A stretch of DNA of 64,000 bases from Bacteroidales bacterium (GTDB lineage Bacteria > Bacteroidota > Bacteroidia > Bacteroidales > UBA932). Numbering within the stretch: position 1 is the stretch's first letter; each line of letters begins with the position of its first letter. The position numbers were made by a program, and so were the translations under genes. Positions 1-10,336 of this stretch are shown here, in pieces. The notes under the pieces are model-generated. The model was not told where the DNA came from and searched no databases. It saw nothing but the letters and a program-made list of their open reading frames with translations. The stretch covers positions 461-64,460 of the forward strand of contig SFNZ01000002.1 of assembly GCA_004552615.1 (NCBI GenBank), given 5' to 3'.

Positions 1-129
1 ATCGGTTGCTACAGGGGCATCCGTCATCGTATCGGACTTCCTGTACGCGGACAGAGCACAAAGAACAATGCCCGCACCAGAAAGGGTAAGAAGAAGACTG
101 TTGCCAACAAGAAGAAGGCAACCAAGTAA
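1..129 (+). CDS. rpsM: 30S ribosomal protein S13, 3' part (cut by window edge)
   Basis: Frame 1 reads [29 protein letters not shown]...ATK*, the S13 C-terminal signature; lies directly before rpsK. Confidence 0.97.
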   Translation: MGCYRGIRHRIGLPVRGQSTKNNARTRKGKKKTVANKKKATK

Positions 130-142
130 AAATTGATGAATT

Positions 143-529
143 ATGGCAAAGAAAACTACAACATCCAAAAGAGTTGTCAAGGTTGAAGCTTATGGCGAGG
201 CTCATATTTCATCAACCTTCAACAATGTAATCGTTTCCCTCACCAACGCCCAGGGCCAGGTTATCAGCTGGGGTTCTGCAGGCAAGTGTGGTTTCAGGGG
301 ATCCAAGAAGAACACCCCTTACGCTGCCCAGATGGCTGCTGAGGATGCTGCCAAGACCGCTTTCGATGCTGGTCTTCGCAGGGTTAAATGCTACGTAAAG
401 GGTCCGGGAGCTGGCCGTGAGTCCGCAATCCGCACCACCAACAATGCTGGTATCATCGTTACCGAGATCATCGACGTAACCCCGATGCCTCACAATGGCT
501 GCAGACCAAAAGGCCGTCGTAAAGTTTAA
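143..529 (+). CDS. rpsK: 30S ribosomal protein S11
   Basis: [19 protein letters not shown] and PHNGCRP motifs; alpha-operon order. Confidence 0.99.
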   Translation: MAKKTTTSKRVVKVEAYGEAHISSTFNNVIVSLTNAQGQVISWGSAGKCGFRGSKKNTPYAAQMAAEDAAKTAFDAGLRRVKCYVKGPGAGRESAIRTTNNAGIIVTEIIDVTPMPHNGCRPKGRRKV

Positions 530-550
530 TTTTTAAATTCTTAGATTACT

Positions 551-1153
551 ATGGCAAGATATACAGGTCCAAGCACCAAAATCGCCCGTAAATTCGGCGA
601 ACCTATCTTCGGCTCAGACAAATATTTCGAGAAGAGAAATTTCCCTCCGGGACAGCACGGTCTCGCTGCCAAGCGCAAGAAGTCCAAGGACTACGCAATG
701 CAGCTCAAGGAGAAGCAGAAGGTCAAGTATATGTACGGCGTCCTCGAGCGTCAGTTCCACAATACCTACAACAAGGCTTCCCGCATGAGCGGTCAGAAGG
801 GTGAGAACCTTATCATCCTCCTCGAGAGCCGTCTGGACAACATCGTTTACCGTCTCGGCATCGCTCCTACCCGCGCAGCTGCCCGCCAGCTCGTGTCCCA
901 TCACCACATCACCCTGAACGGATCCGTATGCAGCATCCCTTCAACCCAGGTGAAGGCCGGTGATACCGTAGCAGTCAGGGAGAGGTCCAAGCGCCTTGAG
1001 GTCACCCAGAACAGCGTTGCTTCTGTGACCAAGTACTCATGGCTCGACTTCGATACCAAGACTCTCGTAGGTAAGTTCCTCAACGTTCCTACCAGAACCG
1101 AGATTCCGGAGAACATCAACGAGCAGCTCATCGTCGACCTCTACTCCAAGTAA
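551..1153 (+). CDS. rpsD: 30S ribosomal protein S4
   Basis: [26 protein letters not shown] motifs. Confidence 0.99.
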   Translation: MARYTGPSTKIARKFGEPIFGSDKYFEKRNFPPGQHGLAAKRKKSKDYAMQLKEKQKVKYMYGVLERQFHNTYNKASRMSGQKGENLIILLESRLDNIVYRLGIAPTRAAARQLVSHHHITLNGSVCSIPSTQVKAGDTVAVRERSKRLEVTQNSVASVTKYSWLDFDTKTLVGKFLNVPTRTEIPENINEQLIVDLYSK

Positions 1154-1172
1154 CATTTAACACCCAACAGAT

Positions 1173-2183
1173 ATGGCAATCTTAGCATTTCAGAAACCTG
1201 ACAAGGTCATTATGCTCGAAAGCACCGATTCGTACGGCCGCTTTGAATTCCGTCCACTTGAGCCGGGATATGGCCAGACCATCGGTAATGCTCTTCGTCG
1301 CATCTTGCTTGCGTCTTTGGAGGGTTTTGCTATCAGTCAGATAAAGATCTCCGGCGTAGACCAGGAGTTCGCCACCATTCCGGGCGTTATTGAGGGTATG
1401 CAGGACATCATCCTCAACCTCAAGGAAGTACGCTTCCGCCGTATGGTGGATTCAGTCGACACTGAGACAGCAAATATCGTCATCAGCGGCAAGCAGGAGT
1501 TCACGGCAGAAGATATCTCCAAAGGATTGTCTTCTTTTATGGTGTTGAATCCGGATCTTCACATCTGCTCTCTTGAGCCTTCCGTAAAGCTCGAAATCGC
1601 CATTACCATCACCAAGGGACGCGGTTTCGTGCCTGCTGAGGAGCTCAGGGATGAGATTACTCCTATCGGAACCATTCCGGTGGATGCCATCTACACCCCT
1701 ATCCGCAAGGTGAACTGGACCGTGGAGAACTGGCGAGTAGAGCAGAAGACCGACTACGAGAAACTGAATCTGGAGATTGTTACCGACGGTTCAATAACTC
1801 CGAACATCGCTCTTCAGGACGCTGCAAACATCCTTATCTATCATTTCAAGCTCTTCACCGATGACAAGAAGCTGGCTCTCGAGAGCACGGTTAAACCGGA
1901 TTCGAAGGAGCTTGACGAGGAGTCACTCCGCATGAGGCATCTCCTTCTCAACAAGCTTTCCGACCTCGGCCTTTCAGTTAGGGCATACAACTGCCTGAAA
2001 GCTGCTGAGATTGACACGCTTGCAGACCTCGTGTCCTATTCGAGGCCGGAGTTGATGAAGTTCCGCAACTTCGGACGCAAGTCGCTCAACGAGATCGACC
2101 AGATGCTTGACAAGATGAAACTCACATTCGGTATGGATGTCACAAAGTACAATATTGAACCTAAGAAAAAGAATAACGTTTAA
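1173..2183 (+). CDS. rpoA: RNA polymerase alpha subunit
   Basis: [20 protein letters not shown]-terminal domain SVRAYNCLK...NFGRKSL. Confidence 0.99.
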   Translation: MAILAFQKPDKVIMLESTDSYGRFEFRPLEPGYGQTIGNALRRILLASLEGFAISQIKISGVDQEFATIPGVIEGMQDIILNLKEVRFRRMVDSVDTETANIVISGKQEFTAEDISKGLSSFMVLNPDLHICSLEPSVKLEIAITITKGRGFVPAEELRDEITPIGTIPVDAIYTPIRKVNWTVENWRVEQKTDYEKLNLEIVTDGSITPNIALQDAANILIYHFKLFTDDKKLALESTVKPDSKELDEESLRMRHLLLNKLSDLGLSVRAYNCLKAAEIDTLADLVSYSRPELMKFRNFGRKSLNEIDQMLDKMKLTFGMDVTKYNIEPKKKNNV

Positions 2184-2185
2184 TT

Positions 2186-2671
2186 ATGAGGCATAATAAA
2201 GCAATCAATCATCTTGGTCGCAAGAGCTCTCACCGCAAGGCTCTCCTCGCAAACATGTCCTGCTCTCTTATCCTGCATAAGAGAATCAACACGACCGTTG
2301 CCAAGGCTAAGGCGCTGAAGTCCTATGTGGAGCCGCTCATCACCAAGTCAAAAGACGATTCGACACACTCCCGCCGTGTTGTATTCAGTTATCTCAAGGA
2401 CAAGACAGCAGTCGCTGAGCTCTTCCGTACGATAGCTCCGAAGATCGCTGACCGTCCGGGCGGATATCTCCGTGTCCTCCACACCGGTTTCAGGCAGGGA
2501 GACGCAGCAGAGATGGCACTCGTGGAGTTCGTTGACTTCAACGACGCAGCTCTCGCATCCGCTCCTGCAAAGAAGGAGGCCAAGAAGGCTACCCGCCGCA
2601 GCCGTGCCAAGAAGGCCGCTGAGGCTCCAGTAGCTGAAGCTCCTGCAGCAGAAGAGGCAAAGGCAGAATAG
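2186..2671 (+). CDS. rplQ: 50S ribosomal protein L17 with Ala/Lys-rich tail
   Basis: MRH...[22 protein letters not shown] motifs. Confidence 0.99.
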   Translation: MRHNKAINHLGRKSSHRKALLANMSCSLILHKRINTTVAKAKALKSYVEPLITKSKDDSTHSRRVVFSYLKDKTAVAELFRTIAPKIADRPGGYLRVLHTGFRQGDAAEMALVEFVDFNDAALASAPAKKEAKKATRRSRAKKAAEAPVAEAPAAEEAKAE

Positions 2672-2713
2672 TCTGAAAGAGTCCGGAAGGACTTTGAAAT
2701 ACTACAACCCCGT

Positions 2714-2761
2714 AGAGAGAGGCTGGCTGAATGAATAATTCGGCCGGTCTTCTCTTTTTTT
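2714..2761 (+). terminator. Intrinsic terminator of the alpha operon
   Basis: AGAGAGGCTGGCTGAAT / ATTCGGCCGGTCTTCTCT stem with G-U pairs, followed by a T-run. Confidence 0.8.
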
Positions 2762-2815
2762 GCATTATCTTTCAAAAAATCCATGCAATTGTTGTTCATA
2801 ACCGAATAATTTGTA

Positions 2816-2823
2816 TATATTTG
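2816..2823 (+). promoter_or_regulatory. Bacteroidetes -7 promoter box for hppA
   Basis: TATATTTG matches TAnnTTTG, in an AT-rich stretch about 80 bp upstream of the ATG. Confidence 0.6.
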
Positions 2824-2899
2824 CAAACGAAAGCAAATGCTTTCGGCGCGAAAGAGAGAAACGTTACAAGTATTTTCGTTATAATAATTATCAATACGT

Positions 2900-5089
2900 A
2901 TGGATTCACTATTCTACATTGTCCCTGCAGCGTCTCTGCTCGCCCTTTTTTTCGCCTGGCATTTTTTCAGGCAGATGATGAAGGAAAGCGAAGGGACGGT
3001 GACTATGAAAGAGATTGCCCAATATGTCCGTGACGGGGCGATGGCTTATCTCAAGCAGCAGTATAAGGTCGTGACGATTGTTTTCATCATCCTTGCTGTA
3101 TTCTTTGCAATTCTGGCTTATGGATTCCATATCCAGAACCCTTGGGTTCCGTTCGCATTCCTAACCGGAGGTTTCTTCTCCGGACTTGCAGGATTTATCG
3201 GCATGAAGACTGCCACCTACGCGTCCGCTCGCACCGCCAATGCCGTGACCCGTTCTCTCAATTCGGGACTTAAGCTTGCTTTCCGCTCCGGAGCAGTGAT
3301 GGGTCTTACAGTCGTGGGACTCGGTCTTCTTGATATTTCCATCTGGTATGTAGTCCTCAAGGCCTTCGTATCCGACCCTAATCCGTCACAGGTCCTCGTG
3401 ACCATCACCACCACCATGCTTACTTTCGGTATGGGTGCATCCACCCAGGCCCTCTTTGCGAGAGTCGGTGGCGGCATATACACGAAGGCGGCTGACGTCG
3501 GGGCAGACATTGTCGGCAAGGTCGAGGCTGACATCCCTGAGGATGATCCGAGGAATCCGGCCACCATCGCTGACAATGTGGGAGATAACGTAGGTGACGT
3601 AGCCGGCATGGGAGCTGACCTTTACGAGTCATACTGCGGTTCCATACTCGCGACCATGGCTCTCGGCGCTTCCGCATTCTTCGGCGATGTTGATGCCCAG
3701 ACCAGGGCGATACTCGCTCCTATGTGCATCGCCTCCATCGGTGTACTCCTCTCTGTTCTCGGAATTTATGCGGTCCGCACCAAGGAAGGGGCCGGACTTC
3801 AGGAGCTCCTCGGATCCCTCAGCCGCGGTACCAACCTCAGTGCAGGGCTCATAGCCGTCGTTTCGTTCGGCGTATTCTATTTCCTCGGTTTCCAGAACTG
3901 GTGGCAACTTTCCCTCTCCGTGATTTTCGGCCTCGTTTCGGGAGTCGTAATAGGCAAGGCTACAGAGTATTACACCTCTCATTCCTACAAGCCTACGCAG
4001 AAGCTTGCCGAAAGTTCCAAGACTGGTTCCGCCACTGTCATCATCGGTGGAGTGGGTCTCGGAATGATTTCCACGGCAGTGCCAGTCATCACCATTGCGA
4101 TAGCTATCCTTCTGTCATATCTTTGTGCGACCGGATTTTCATTTGACCCTGCCCTGATAAGCAACGGCCTTTACGGAATCAGCATCGCTGCGGTCGGAAT
4201 GCTTTCCACTCTCGGAATCACTCTTGCTACAGATGCATACGGTCCAATTGCCGACAATGCCGGAGGAAACGCACAGATGAGCGGCCTCGATCCGGAAGTC
4301 CGCCAGAAGACTGACGTGCTCGACGCCCTTGGAAATACCACGGCGGCTACCGGCAAGGGATTTGCCATAGGTTCTGCTGCATTGACGGCTCTTGCATTGC
4401 TGGCATCCTATATCGAGGAGATAAAAATCGGGCTCGGACATATCGGGCAGACAATCATTGAAGTTGCAGGCCAGCAGGTGGAAGTGGCTACGGCCACCAT
4501 CCCTCAGATTGTTGAATATTACCAGGTCAATCTCATGAATCCGCGTGTGCTCGTGGGCGTCTTCATCGGTGCGATGATGGCATTCCTGTTCTGCGGTCTT
4601 ACCATGAACGCTGTCGGCCGTGCCGCGCAGAAGATGGTTACGGAAGTACGCCGCCAGTTCAAGGAGATCAAGGGAATCCTTACGGGCGAACAGCGCCCTG
4701 ACTATGCGAGGTGCGTGGAGATTTCCACTCTCGGAGCTCAGCATGAGATGATTCTTCCTTCCGTGATAGCCATCGTGGCTCCGATTCTTACGGGTGTATG
4801 TCTCGGACCTTCCGGAGTGATGGGACTTCTGGTCGGCGGACTTGGTGCCGGATTCGTGCTCGCGATTTTCCTGGCGAATTCCGGCGGTGCCTGGGACAAT
4901 GCCAAGAAATATGTCGAAGAGGGGCATTTCGGCGGGAAGAATTCCGAATGCCACAAGGCGACAGTTGTCGGCGATACCGTTGGTGATCCTTTCAAGGACA
5001 CTTCCGGACCTTCATTGAATATCCTTATCAAGCTGATGAGCATGGTATCAATCGTGATGGCTGGGCTCACGGTGATGATTGGTGGATAA
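2900..5089 (+). CDS. hppA: Membrane-integral K+-dependent Na+(/H+)-translocating pyrophosphatase
   Basis: GGGIYTKAADVGAD, EDDPRNPATIADNVGDNVGD, GNTTAA (Ala, K+-dependent type) and GDTVGDPFKDTSGP motifs; many hydrophobic segments. Confidence 0.97.
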   Translation: MDSLFYIVPAASLLALFFAWHFFRQMMKESEGTVTMKEIAQYVRDGAMAYLKQQYKVVTIVFIILAVFFAILAYGFHIQNPWVPFAFLTGGFFSGLAGFIGMKTATYASARTANAVTRSLNSGLKLAFRSGAVMGLTVVGLGLLDISIWYVVLKAFVSDPNPSQVLVTITTTMLTFGMGASTQALFARVGGGIYTKAADVGADIVGKVEADIPEDDPRNPATIADNVGDNVGDVAGMGADLYESYCGSILATMALGASAFFGDVDAQTRAILAPMCIASIGVLLSVLGIYAVRTKEGAGLQELLGSLSRGTNLSAGLIAVVSFGVFYFLGFQNWWQLSLSVIFGLVSGVVIGKATEYYTSHSYKPTQKLAESSKTGSATVIIGGVGLGMISTAVPVITIAIAILLSYLCATGFSFDPALISNGLYGISIAAVGMLSTLGITLATDAYGPIADNAGGNAQMSGLDPEVRQKTDVLDALGNTTAATGKGFAIGSAALTALALLASYIEEIKIGLGHIGQTIIEVAGQQVEVATATIPQIVEYYQVNLMNPRVLVGVFIGAMMAFLFCGLTMNAVGRAAQKMVTEVRRQFKEIKGILTGEQRPDYARCVEISTLGAQHEMILPSVIAIVAPILTGVCLGPSGVMGLLVGGLGAGFVLAIFLANSGGAWDNAKKYVEEGHFGGKNSECHKATVVGDTVGDPFKDTSGPSLNILIKLMSMVSIVMAGLTVMIGG

Positions 5090-5116
5090 TGTTGTAATAA
5101 TTGGTTTTCCTTTTTC

Positions 5117-5150
5117 AGGGATGTCCGGTTTCCGGGCATCCCTATTCATT
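5117..5150 (+). terminator. Hairpin, likely hppA terminator
   Basis: AGGGATGTCCGG-TTT-CCGGGCATCCCT stem right after the stop codon; weak U-tract. Confidence 0.6.
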
Positions 5151-5181
5151 GTGGCGTTTTTTCGCCTTTCCATATTTGCAT

Positions 5182-5447
5182 CGGCAATGGTATTGCATTT
5201 CTCCGGACCAGGCCCTCCCAAGCGGAGCTTGGGCCCCTCTAGTGCCGAGGGCGGCAAGTCCTCCTAAATGCAATACCATTGCCGGAACGGAACAAGACCA
5301 AGTCGGGATTGAAGGCTATGCAAAAGCGCCGATCGCCCCCTTGAAAAGGGGGGACGGGGGATTGAGGAGGGAGGGCGGCAAGTCCTCCGAAATGCAATAC
5401 CATTGCCGGAACGGAACAAGACCAAGTCGAGATTGAAGGCAATACAA
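5182..5447. repeat. Composite repeat: two 77-bp direct repeats (5247-5323, 5371-5447) plus an inverted 19-bp copy of their core (5182-5200)
   Basis: GAGGGCGGCAAGTCCTCC..AAATGCAATACCATTGCCGGAACGGAACAAGACCAAGTCG..GATTGAAGGC occurs twice with 4 mismatches; CGGCAATGGTATTGCATTT is the exact reverse complement of the core. Confidence 0.92.
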
Positions 5448-5618
5448 GTGCGTTTGGCAACAATGGTGTCATCAGACGCCGTGTTACATTCGTCGGGGAA
5501 AAGGGGGCATTCGGAAATGAAAAAACTTATATTGGGAATGAAAAACTTGATTATGTAAGAAATTAGCCTTAAATTGCGATGATTTATTTGATTTTTTAAA
5601 GAAGAAAAGGGCTTAAGT

Positions 5619-6650
5619 ATGAAAAGGATTACGATTCGTGACGTTGCCCGTGAGGCAAAAGTGTCCGTTACCCTTGTTTCGTTCGTAATGAACGCCAAAA
5701 GAGATAAAGACGGAAATCTCGACTGCCCTGTAAATCCTGAGACCGCAAAGAGGGTCCTTCAGGTCGCACAGAAACTAGGCTACAGGAGAAATTTTGCTGC
5801 CGCATCACTCAGGAGCGGCCGTTCCAACTCCATTGCAGTCATCCCTAATGATATTTCCAACAAATTCTTCGCCGGAGTCTCGAGATGCATCGAGGACAAG
5901 GCCAAGAGTTATGGCTATACAGTCCTTTTCGCAAGTTCAGATGAGAATGCTGAAAGACTTGCCAATGTAATGGATGCAGTCCTTGCGCACAATATCGACG
6001 GAGTTATCGTGGCTCCTTGTACAGGAGGCGAGGCAGCTGTCAGGAAGGCCACTGATGCCGGCGTGCCGGTCGTGCTTCTCGACAGGGACATCGTGGATAT
6101 GGAAAATGTCGGAAAAGTCCTTCTCGATGACGTTGAGGCAGGCTCCATGGCCACTAACCTTTTCATCGAGCGCGGTTACAGGAAGATAGAAATGATTTCA
6201 TATTCTCTTGGAATCTCCAGCCTTGAGGAAAGGGAGTCCGGATACCGCAAAAGCATGATGGACCACGACCTCTATGATTTCGCAAAAGTGCATTACACTT
6301 CCTACGCGAAGGCTTCAGAGGATGTACCTGCCATCATCAAGGATGCTGTTTCCCGTGGCGTGGAGGCCATTTTCCTCCCGACATATTCGCTCTCCGCACT
6401 CGTGCTCATGACCATGAGGGACCTCGGACTCAAGACTCCGGAAGACATGGCCGTCATCGGATTCGACGTCAGCGACATATATCAGCTCTACTCGACATCT
6501 GTCACCCACATCGTGCAGCCTCTCAAGGAACTCGGAGAAAAATCAGTGGACGTGCTCATAAACATGATTCACAACAAGCCTGCTGAGAAGGTGGTCCTCA
6601 AGCCGGAGATGATTGAAGGCAATTCTACGGCAATGAAGAGTGGAAAATAA
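5619..6650 (+). CDS. LacI-family transcriptional regulator
   Basis: N-terminal HTH TIRDVAREAKVSVTLVSFVMN; sugar-binding domain ending P-E-D-M-A-V-I-G-F-D. Confidence 0.96.
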   Translation: MKRITIRDVAREAKVSVTLVSFVMNAKRDKDGNLDCPVNPETAKRVLQVAQKLGYRRNFAAASLRSGRSNSIAVIPNDISNKFFAGVSRCIEDKAKSYGYTVLFASSDENAERLANVMDAVLAHNIDGVIVAPCTGGEAAVRKATDAGVPVVLLDRDIVDMENVGKVLLDDVEAGSMATNLFIERGYRKIEMISYSLGISSLEERESGYRKSMMDHDLYDFAKVHYTSYAKASEDVPAIIKDAVSRGVEAIFLPTYSLSALVLMTMRDLGLKTPEDMAVIGFDVSDIYQLYSTSVTHIVQPLKELGEKSVDVLINMIHNKPAEKVVLKPEMIEGNSTAMKSGK

Positions 6651-6655
6651 TCTAC

Positions 6656-6688
6656 AGGGCGGGCTCCGTTGGACCTGCCTTTTTTGTT
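6656..6688 (+). terminator. Intrinsic terminator after the LacI gene
   Basis: GGCGGGCTCC-GTT-GGACCTGCC stem with one bulge, followed by TTTTTT. Confidence 0.7.
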
Positions 6689-6713
6689 GGAATAATAGAG
6701 ACCGACTGACAAA

Positions 6714-7664
6714 ATGAACGGTGAAGCTGTAGTAGTGAAAAATGCCGGAAGCCATTATCTTCTGTCCTGCCTTCCGGAATGGGCTCCATTTCCGGCAGTC
6801 CTCAAGGGGAAAATACGCCTGAAGGCCAACGAATCCACGAATCCTGTGGCCGTGGGCGACAGGGTCCTGTTCGAATCAGACGCATTGACTGCATCAGAAG
6901 TGAGCCTGGAGCATCCTGCCCTGATCTGCTCGGTAATGGACAGGAAAAACCATATCATCCGCAAGTCCACTAATCTTTCCCGCCAGTCCCACGTGATAGC
7001 TGCCAACGTGGACATGGCATTTGCGGTCGTTTCGCTCTATTTCCCGGAAGTCAAGCTGCCTTTCCTGGACCGTATGCTTGTCACATGCGAGGTGTACGGA
7101 GTCCCGGTTACAATAGTGCTGAACAAGGTGGACCTCTACAGGGAAGAGGCTCCTGAAACGGTGGCGAATTTCATAAAGATATATACCGAAGCAGGGTACA
7201 GGGTCATCCAGACCTCGGCAAGGACAGGGGAAGGAATAGCAGAAGTCCGCGAGGCCTGCAGGGACAGGGTCTGCCTCTTCTCGGGAGAGTCCGGAGTGGG
7301 CAAATCCTCACTCATCAAGGCCCTTGACCCTTCATTGGAGCCGAAAATCGGAAAAATATCCACGGCCCATCTCCAGGGAAAACATACCACCTCGCTCTAC
7401 GAAATGTACAGGATAGCTGACTGTGGCTATGTCATCGACACCCCTGGTCTCAGGGGCTTCGGCCTGGTCAATCTGGAAAAGGACGAGATAGCGAGATATT
7501 TCCCGGAAATGCTCAAGGCATCCGAGAAATGCCGCTTCATCCCGTGCACCCACACGCATGAGCCGGGATGCGCGGTCAAGGAAGCCGTGGAAGAAGGCCT
7601 CATAAGTCCGGAGCGGTATTCGTCATATCTCGGCATGATTGAGGAAGACAGGAAATTCAGATAG
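6714..7664 (+). CDS. rsgA: Ribosome small subunit-dependent GTPase A
   Basis: Circularly permuted G motifs NKVDL, GESGVGKSS, GKHTT, DTPG; C-terminal Zn site CRFIPCTHTHEPGC. Confidence 0.97.
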   Translation: MNGEAVVVKNAGSHYLLSCLPEWAPFPAVLKGKIRLKANESTNPVAVGDRVLFESDALTASEVSLEHPALICSVMDRKNHIIRKSTNLSRQSHVIAANVDMAFAVVSLYFPEVKLPFLDRMLVTCEVYGVPVTIVLNKVDLYREEAPETVANFIKIYTEAGYRVIQTSARTGEGIAEVREACRDRVCLFSGESGVGKSSLIKALDPSLEPKIGKISTAHLQGKHTTSLYEMYRIADCGYVIDTPGLRGFGLVNLEKDEIARYFPEMLKASEKCRFIPCTHTHEPGCAVKEAVEEGLISPERYSSYLGMIEEDRKFR

Positions 7665-7670
7665 AACAGG

Positions 7671-9053
7671 ATGTCCCCTTTGAACAGAGAAATACTCAGG
7701 CTCGCTATCCCGAGCATATTCGCCAATATCACCGTTCCCATCGTGGGCATGGTGGACCTTGCCGTGGCAGGCCATCTTGACGGGGATGCGGCGGTGCTGA
7801 TTGGAGGCGTCTCAATAGGTACTCTTCTGTTCGACCTGTTGTACTGGAACTTCAGTTTCCTGCGTATCGGAACAGGGGGACTGACCGCCCAGGCCTACGG
7901 AAGAGGGGACATGAAGGCCGCTGCCGATGCATTGTTCAGGTCTTCGGGCATGGCCCTGATCATAGCCGCCGCCTGCATATTGGCCCAATGGGTCTTCGTG
8001 GACCTGGCCTTCCTCGTCGTGAAATGCTCCCCGGAGGTCAGGGAACTCGCCGAGGGATATTTCCATGTGAGAATCTGGGCGGCGCCTGCAACATTGACCC
8101 TCATGGCCGTAAAGGGCTGGTTCATAGGGATGCAGGACAGTGTACGCCCGATGATTACGGACCTGATAGTCAATCTCGGCAACGCATTCATCAGCATTGT
8201 CCTCGCCATGGGCATCCATGCCGGGCCGGTCACCTTCCGGGGAATCGGTTTCGACGGAATCGCGGCAGGTACGCTCATAGCCCAGTATTCCGGTCTGCTA
8301 TATGCGTTGGCCGTGATATTCACGAGATACCGCAAGGTATTCACCGGCTATTCAGCCTCAGGCGTTTTCAGGCTTTTCAGGGACAGGGAGATGAAATCGT
8401 ATTTCAAGCTCAATGCAGACCTCCTTGTCCGCTCGATGTGCATAATGGCAATATATGCCGGGATGACGGTCATCTCTGCCCGTTATGGGGACATGATGCT
8501 GGCTGTCAGCTCGATATTGGTCCAGATGATGATGCTCTTCTCGTATTTCACTGACGGCTTTGCGTACGCCGGAGAGGCTCTCACGGGCCGTTTTGTCGGC
8601 ATGGAAAGGCCGGATTCGGTCAGGAAGACGGTACGTTGCGTCTTCGCATGGAGCATGGGGGTAGCCGCCTTGTTCATGGTGATATATGCCGTGCTCGGCG
8701 AGCCTGTCCTGCATCTGCTCACGTCCGACGGGGAAGTGGTGGCTGCTTCCCTGGAATTCATTCCATGGCTAGTCCCGATGCCGGTCATAGGGTGTGCCGC
8801 ATTCACCTGGGACGGCATCTATGTGGGAGCGACCGCCTCCAGAACCATCAGGGATTCCTCTATATGGGCCGTGGTTGCATTCTTTGCCGCCTGGTATGCC
8901 GGGAGGGCTCTCCTGTCACCGACTCCTGACGGTACACCGGAAATAGCCGTGCACATACTCATGGCGGCCTATATGATGCATGTCATTGTCAGGTTCGTGT
9001 ATGAGACGGCACTGTACAAGCGCAGCATCCTCTCCGAGCCGTTCGCCCGATGA
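7671..9053 (+). CDS. MATE-family efflux transporter (DinF-like)
   Basis: LAIPSIFANITVPIVGMVD, FLRIGTGGLTAQAYG; about 12 TM segments. Confidence 0.93.
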   Translation: MSPLNREILRLAIPSIFANITVPIVGMVDLAVAGHLDGDAAVLIGGVSIGTLLFDLLYWNFSFLRIGTGGLTAQAYGRGDMKAAADALFRSSGMALIIAAACILAQWVFVDLAFLVVKCSPEVRELAEGYFHVRIWAAPATLTLMAVKGWFIGMQDSVRPMITDLIVNLGNAFISIVLAMGIHAGPVTFRGIGFDGIAAGTLIAQYSGLLYALAVIFTRYRKVFTGYSASGVFRLFRDREMKSYFKLNADLLVRSMCIMAIYAGMTVISARYGDMMLAVSSILVQMMMLFSYFTDGFAYAGEALTGRFVGMERPDSVRKTVRCVFAWSMGVAALFMVIYAVLGEPVLHLLTSDGEVVAASLEFIPWLVPMPVIGCAAFTWDGIYVGATASRTIRDSSIWAVVAFFAAWYAGRALLSPTPDGTPEIAVHILMAAYMMHVIVRFVYETALYKRSILSEPFAR

Positions 9054-9085
9054 GGATGCCGTTCGAGAACCTTCAAAAACTTAAG

Positions 9086-10210
9086 TTACCTTATCCCGTA
9101 TTTTTTCAATATCCTGACAATAGGCTTGCGGATGGATTCTGCCCATAAGGTGTAGCCGTAATTGTCCGGATGCACTCCGTCCACCGTAGCGTTGCGGTTG
9201 TCTCCGACGGCGTCAGGGACAATGAAATATACGTCCTTGTATTTCTCCCTGCCTTCCCTGGTGGATTTCAGCTCCTTGAATATGGATGCGGCCATGTCCA
9301 TCTTGGCCTGCTCCTTGGTCTCCTCATAGACATTGAAATTGCGCCTTTCGCGGTAAATCGTCTGCTGGAAAATCAGCGGAGTCCCCGGATGCGCTGCCAC
9401 CATCCTGTCGATGAACGGTACCAGGCGCTCCTTTATGAGGTCAGCTGTAGGGTTCGAGAACGAGTCGAATACGAAAGCATCCGCCTCCACGTCACACAGG
9501 ACGTCGCAGAAATAATCCTGCAGCAGGCATCTTCCGCTGCAACCGAGGGAGAGCATCTGGAGCCCGGTGGTCCTGGAGAACTGTGCCGGATAAGACATTC
9601 CGGAACGGGTGGTGCTGGATCCGTGGGTGTAGCTGGATCCCCATATCGCTATCCTGTGACGGAAAGGATTCTCGATAGGAGCGATTGATTTCCCTTCGTC
9701 CACGCCTATCTTGATGGAATACTCCTCGCTGTATAGCGGGAAATAGAGCAGGCATTCGTGCTCTGTCCCGTCCATGTTGTTGATGAGTGTGAACGGCTTG
9801 TCCATCTTGTTGTCAGCGGCGACTCCAGATGCGGCATAGAGCCATCTTCCGTCCTGCTTGATGTAGAGGTCATATCCCCTGGCTGAAAATCCGTTGGTGT
9901 TGGTCGGGAAGCTGACCTGCCCGTATTCGGTGAGAATGCTGATGCTCGTGGTGTTGGTCTTGAACGCGCAGGCCATTCCGGATGTCATCCTGACCTGGAA
10001 ATTCTCAGTCGGTGTGAAGCCCTTGTATTTCACGGTGTCCACGCGATGATACGGATTGGTGGTCTTTCCTGGCATCAGTTTTCCGGTGATTGTGAGGTCC
10101 GAGGCTTCCGTGTAGGTGTATTTCACCCCTTTGGGGGTCTGCCCGAAGGTAGATGTGCCGGACAGGATGGTTGCGGCCAAAATGGTCAATAAGAGTATTG
10201 AGTGTTTCAT
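9086..10210 (-). CDS. Secreted SGNH/GDSL hydrolase with GxDLY N-terminal domain
   Basis: Signal peptide; RGYDLY motif; block I GSSYTHG; DGVHP catalytic motif. Confidence 0.88.
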   Translation of the reverse strand: MKHSILLLTILAATILSGTSTFGQTPKGVKYTYTEASDLTITGKLMPGKTTNPYHRVDTVKYKGFTPTENFQVRMTSGMACAFKTNTTSISILTEYGQVSFPTNTNGFSARGYDLYIKQDGRWLYAASGVAADNKMDKPFTLINNMDGTEHECLLYFPLYSEEYSIKIGVDEGKSIAPIENPFRHRIAIWGSSYTHGSSTTRSGMSYPAQFSRTTGLQMLSLGCSGRCLLQDYFCDVLCDVEADAFVFDSFSNPTADLIKERLVPFIDRMVAAHPGTPLIFQQTIYRERRNFNVYEETKEQAKMDMAASIFKELKSTREGREKYKDVYFIVPDAVGDNRNATVDGVHPDNYGYTLWAESIRKPIVRILKKYGIR

Positions 10211-10336
10211 TTCAATGTTATTTAACTCCCTTTGTTGGTTTTTTTGTCTTTCAAAGTTAGTTAAAATTCCGGATTCTGTCTATTTTTGCATCAGCAAATG
10301 CGCGGAACAATTTCTCCCGCAGGAAAGCCGGTAAGT

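Noticed and set aside
2560..2671. Ala/Lys/Glu-rich low-complexity tail of L17
   Set aside because: Common extension in Bacteroidetes L17; not unusual
5247..5447. Possible CRISPR mini-array
   Set aside because: Only two units, 77 bp long, with a palindromic spacer and no cas genes in the window
5048..5698. Short ORFs with repeated KCNTIA / MQYHCR peptides
   Set aside because: Translations of the DNA repeat in several frames; no evidence of real coding
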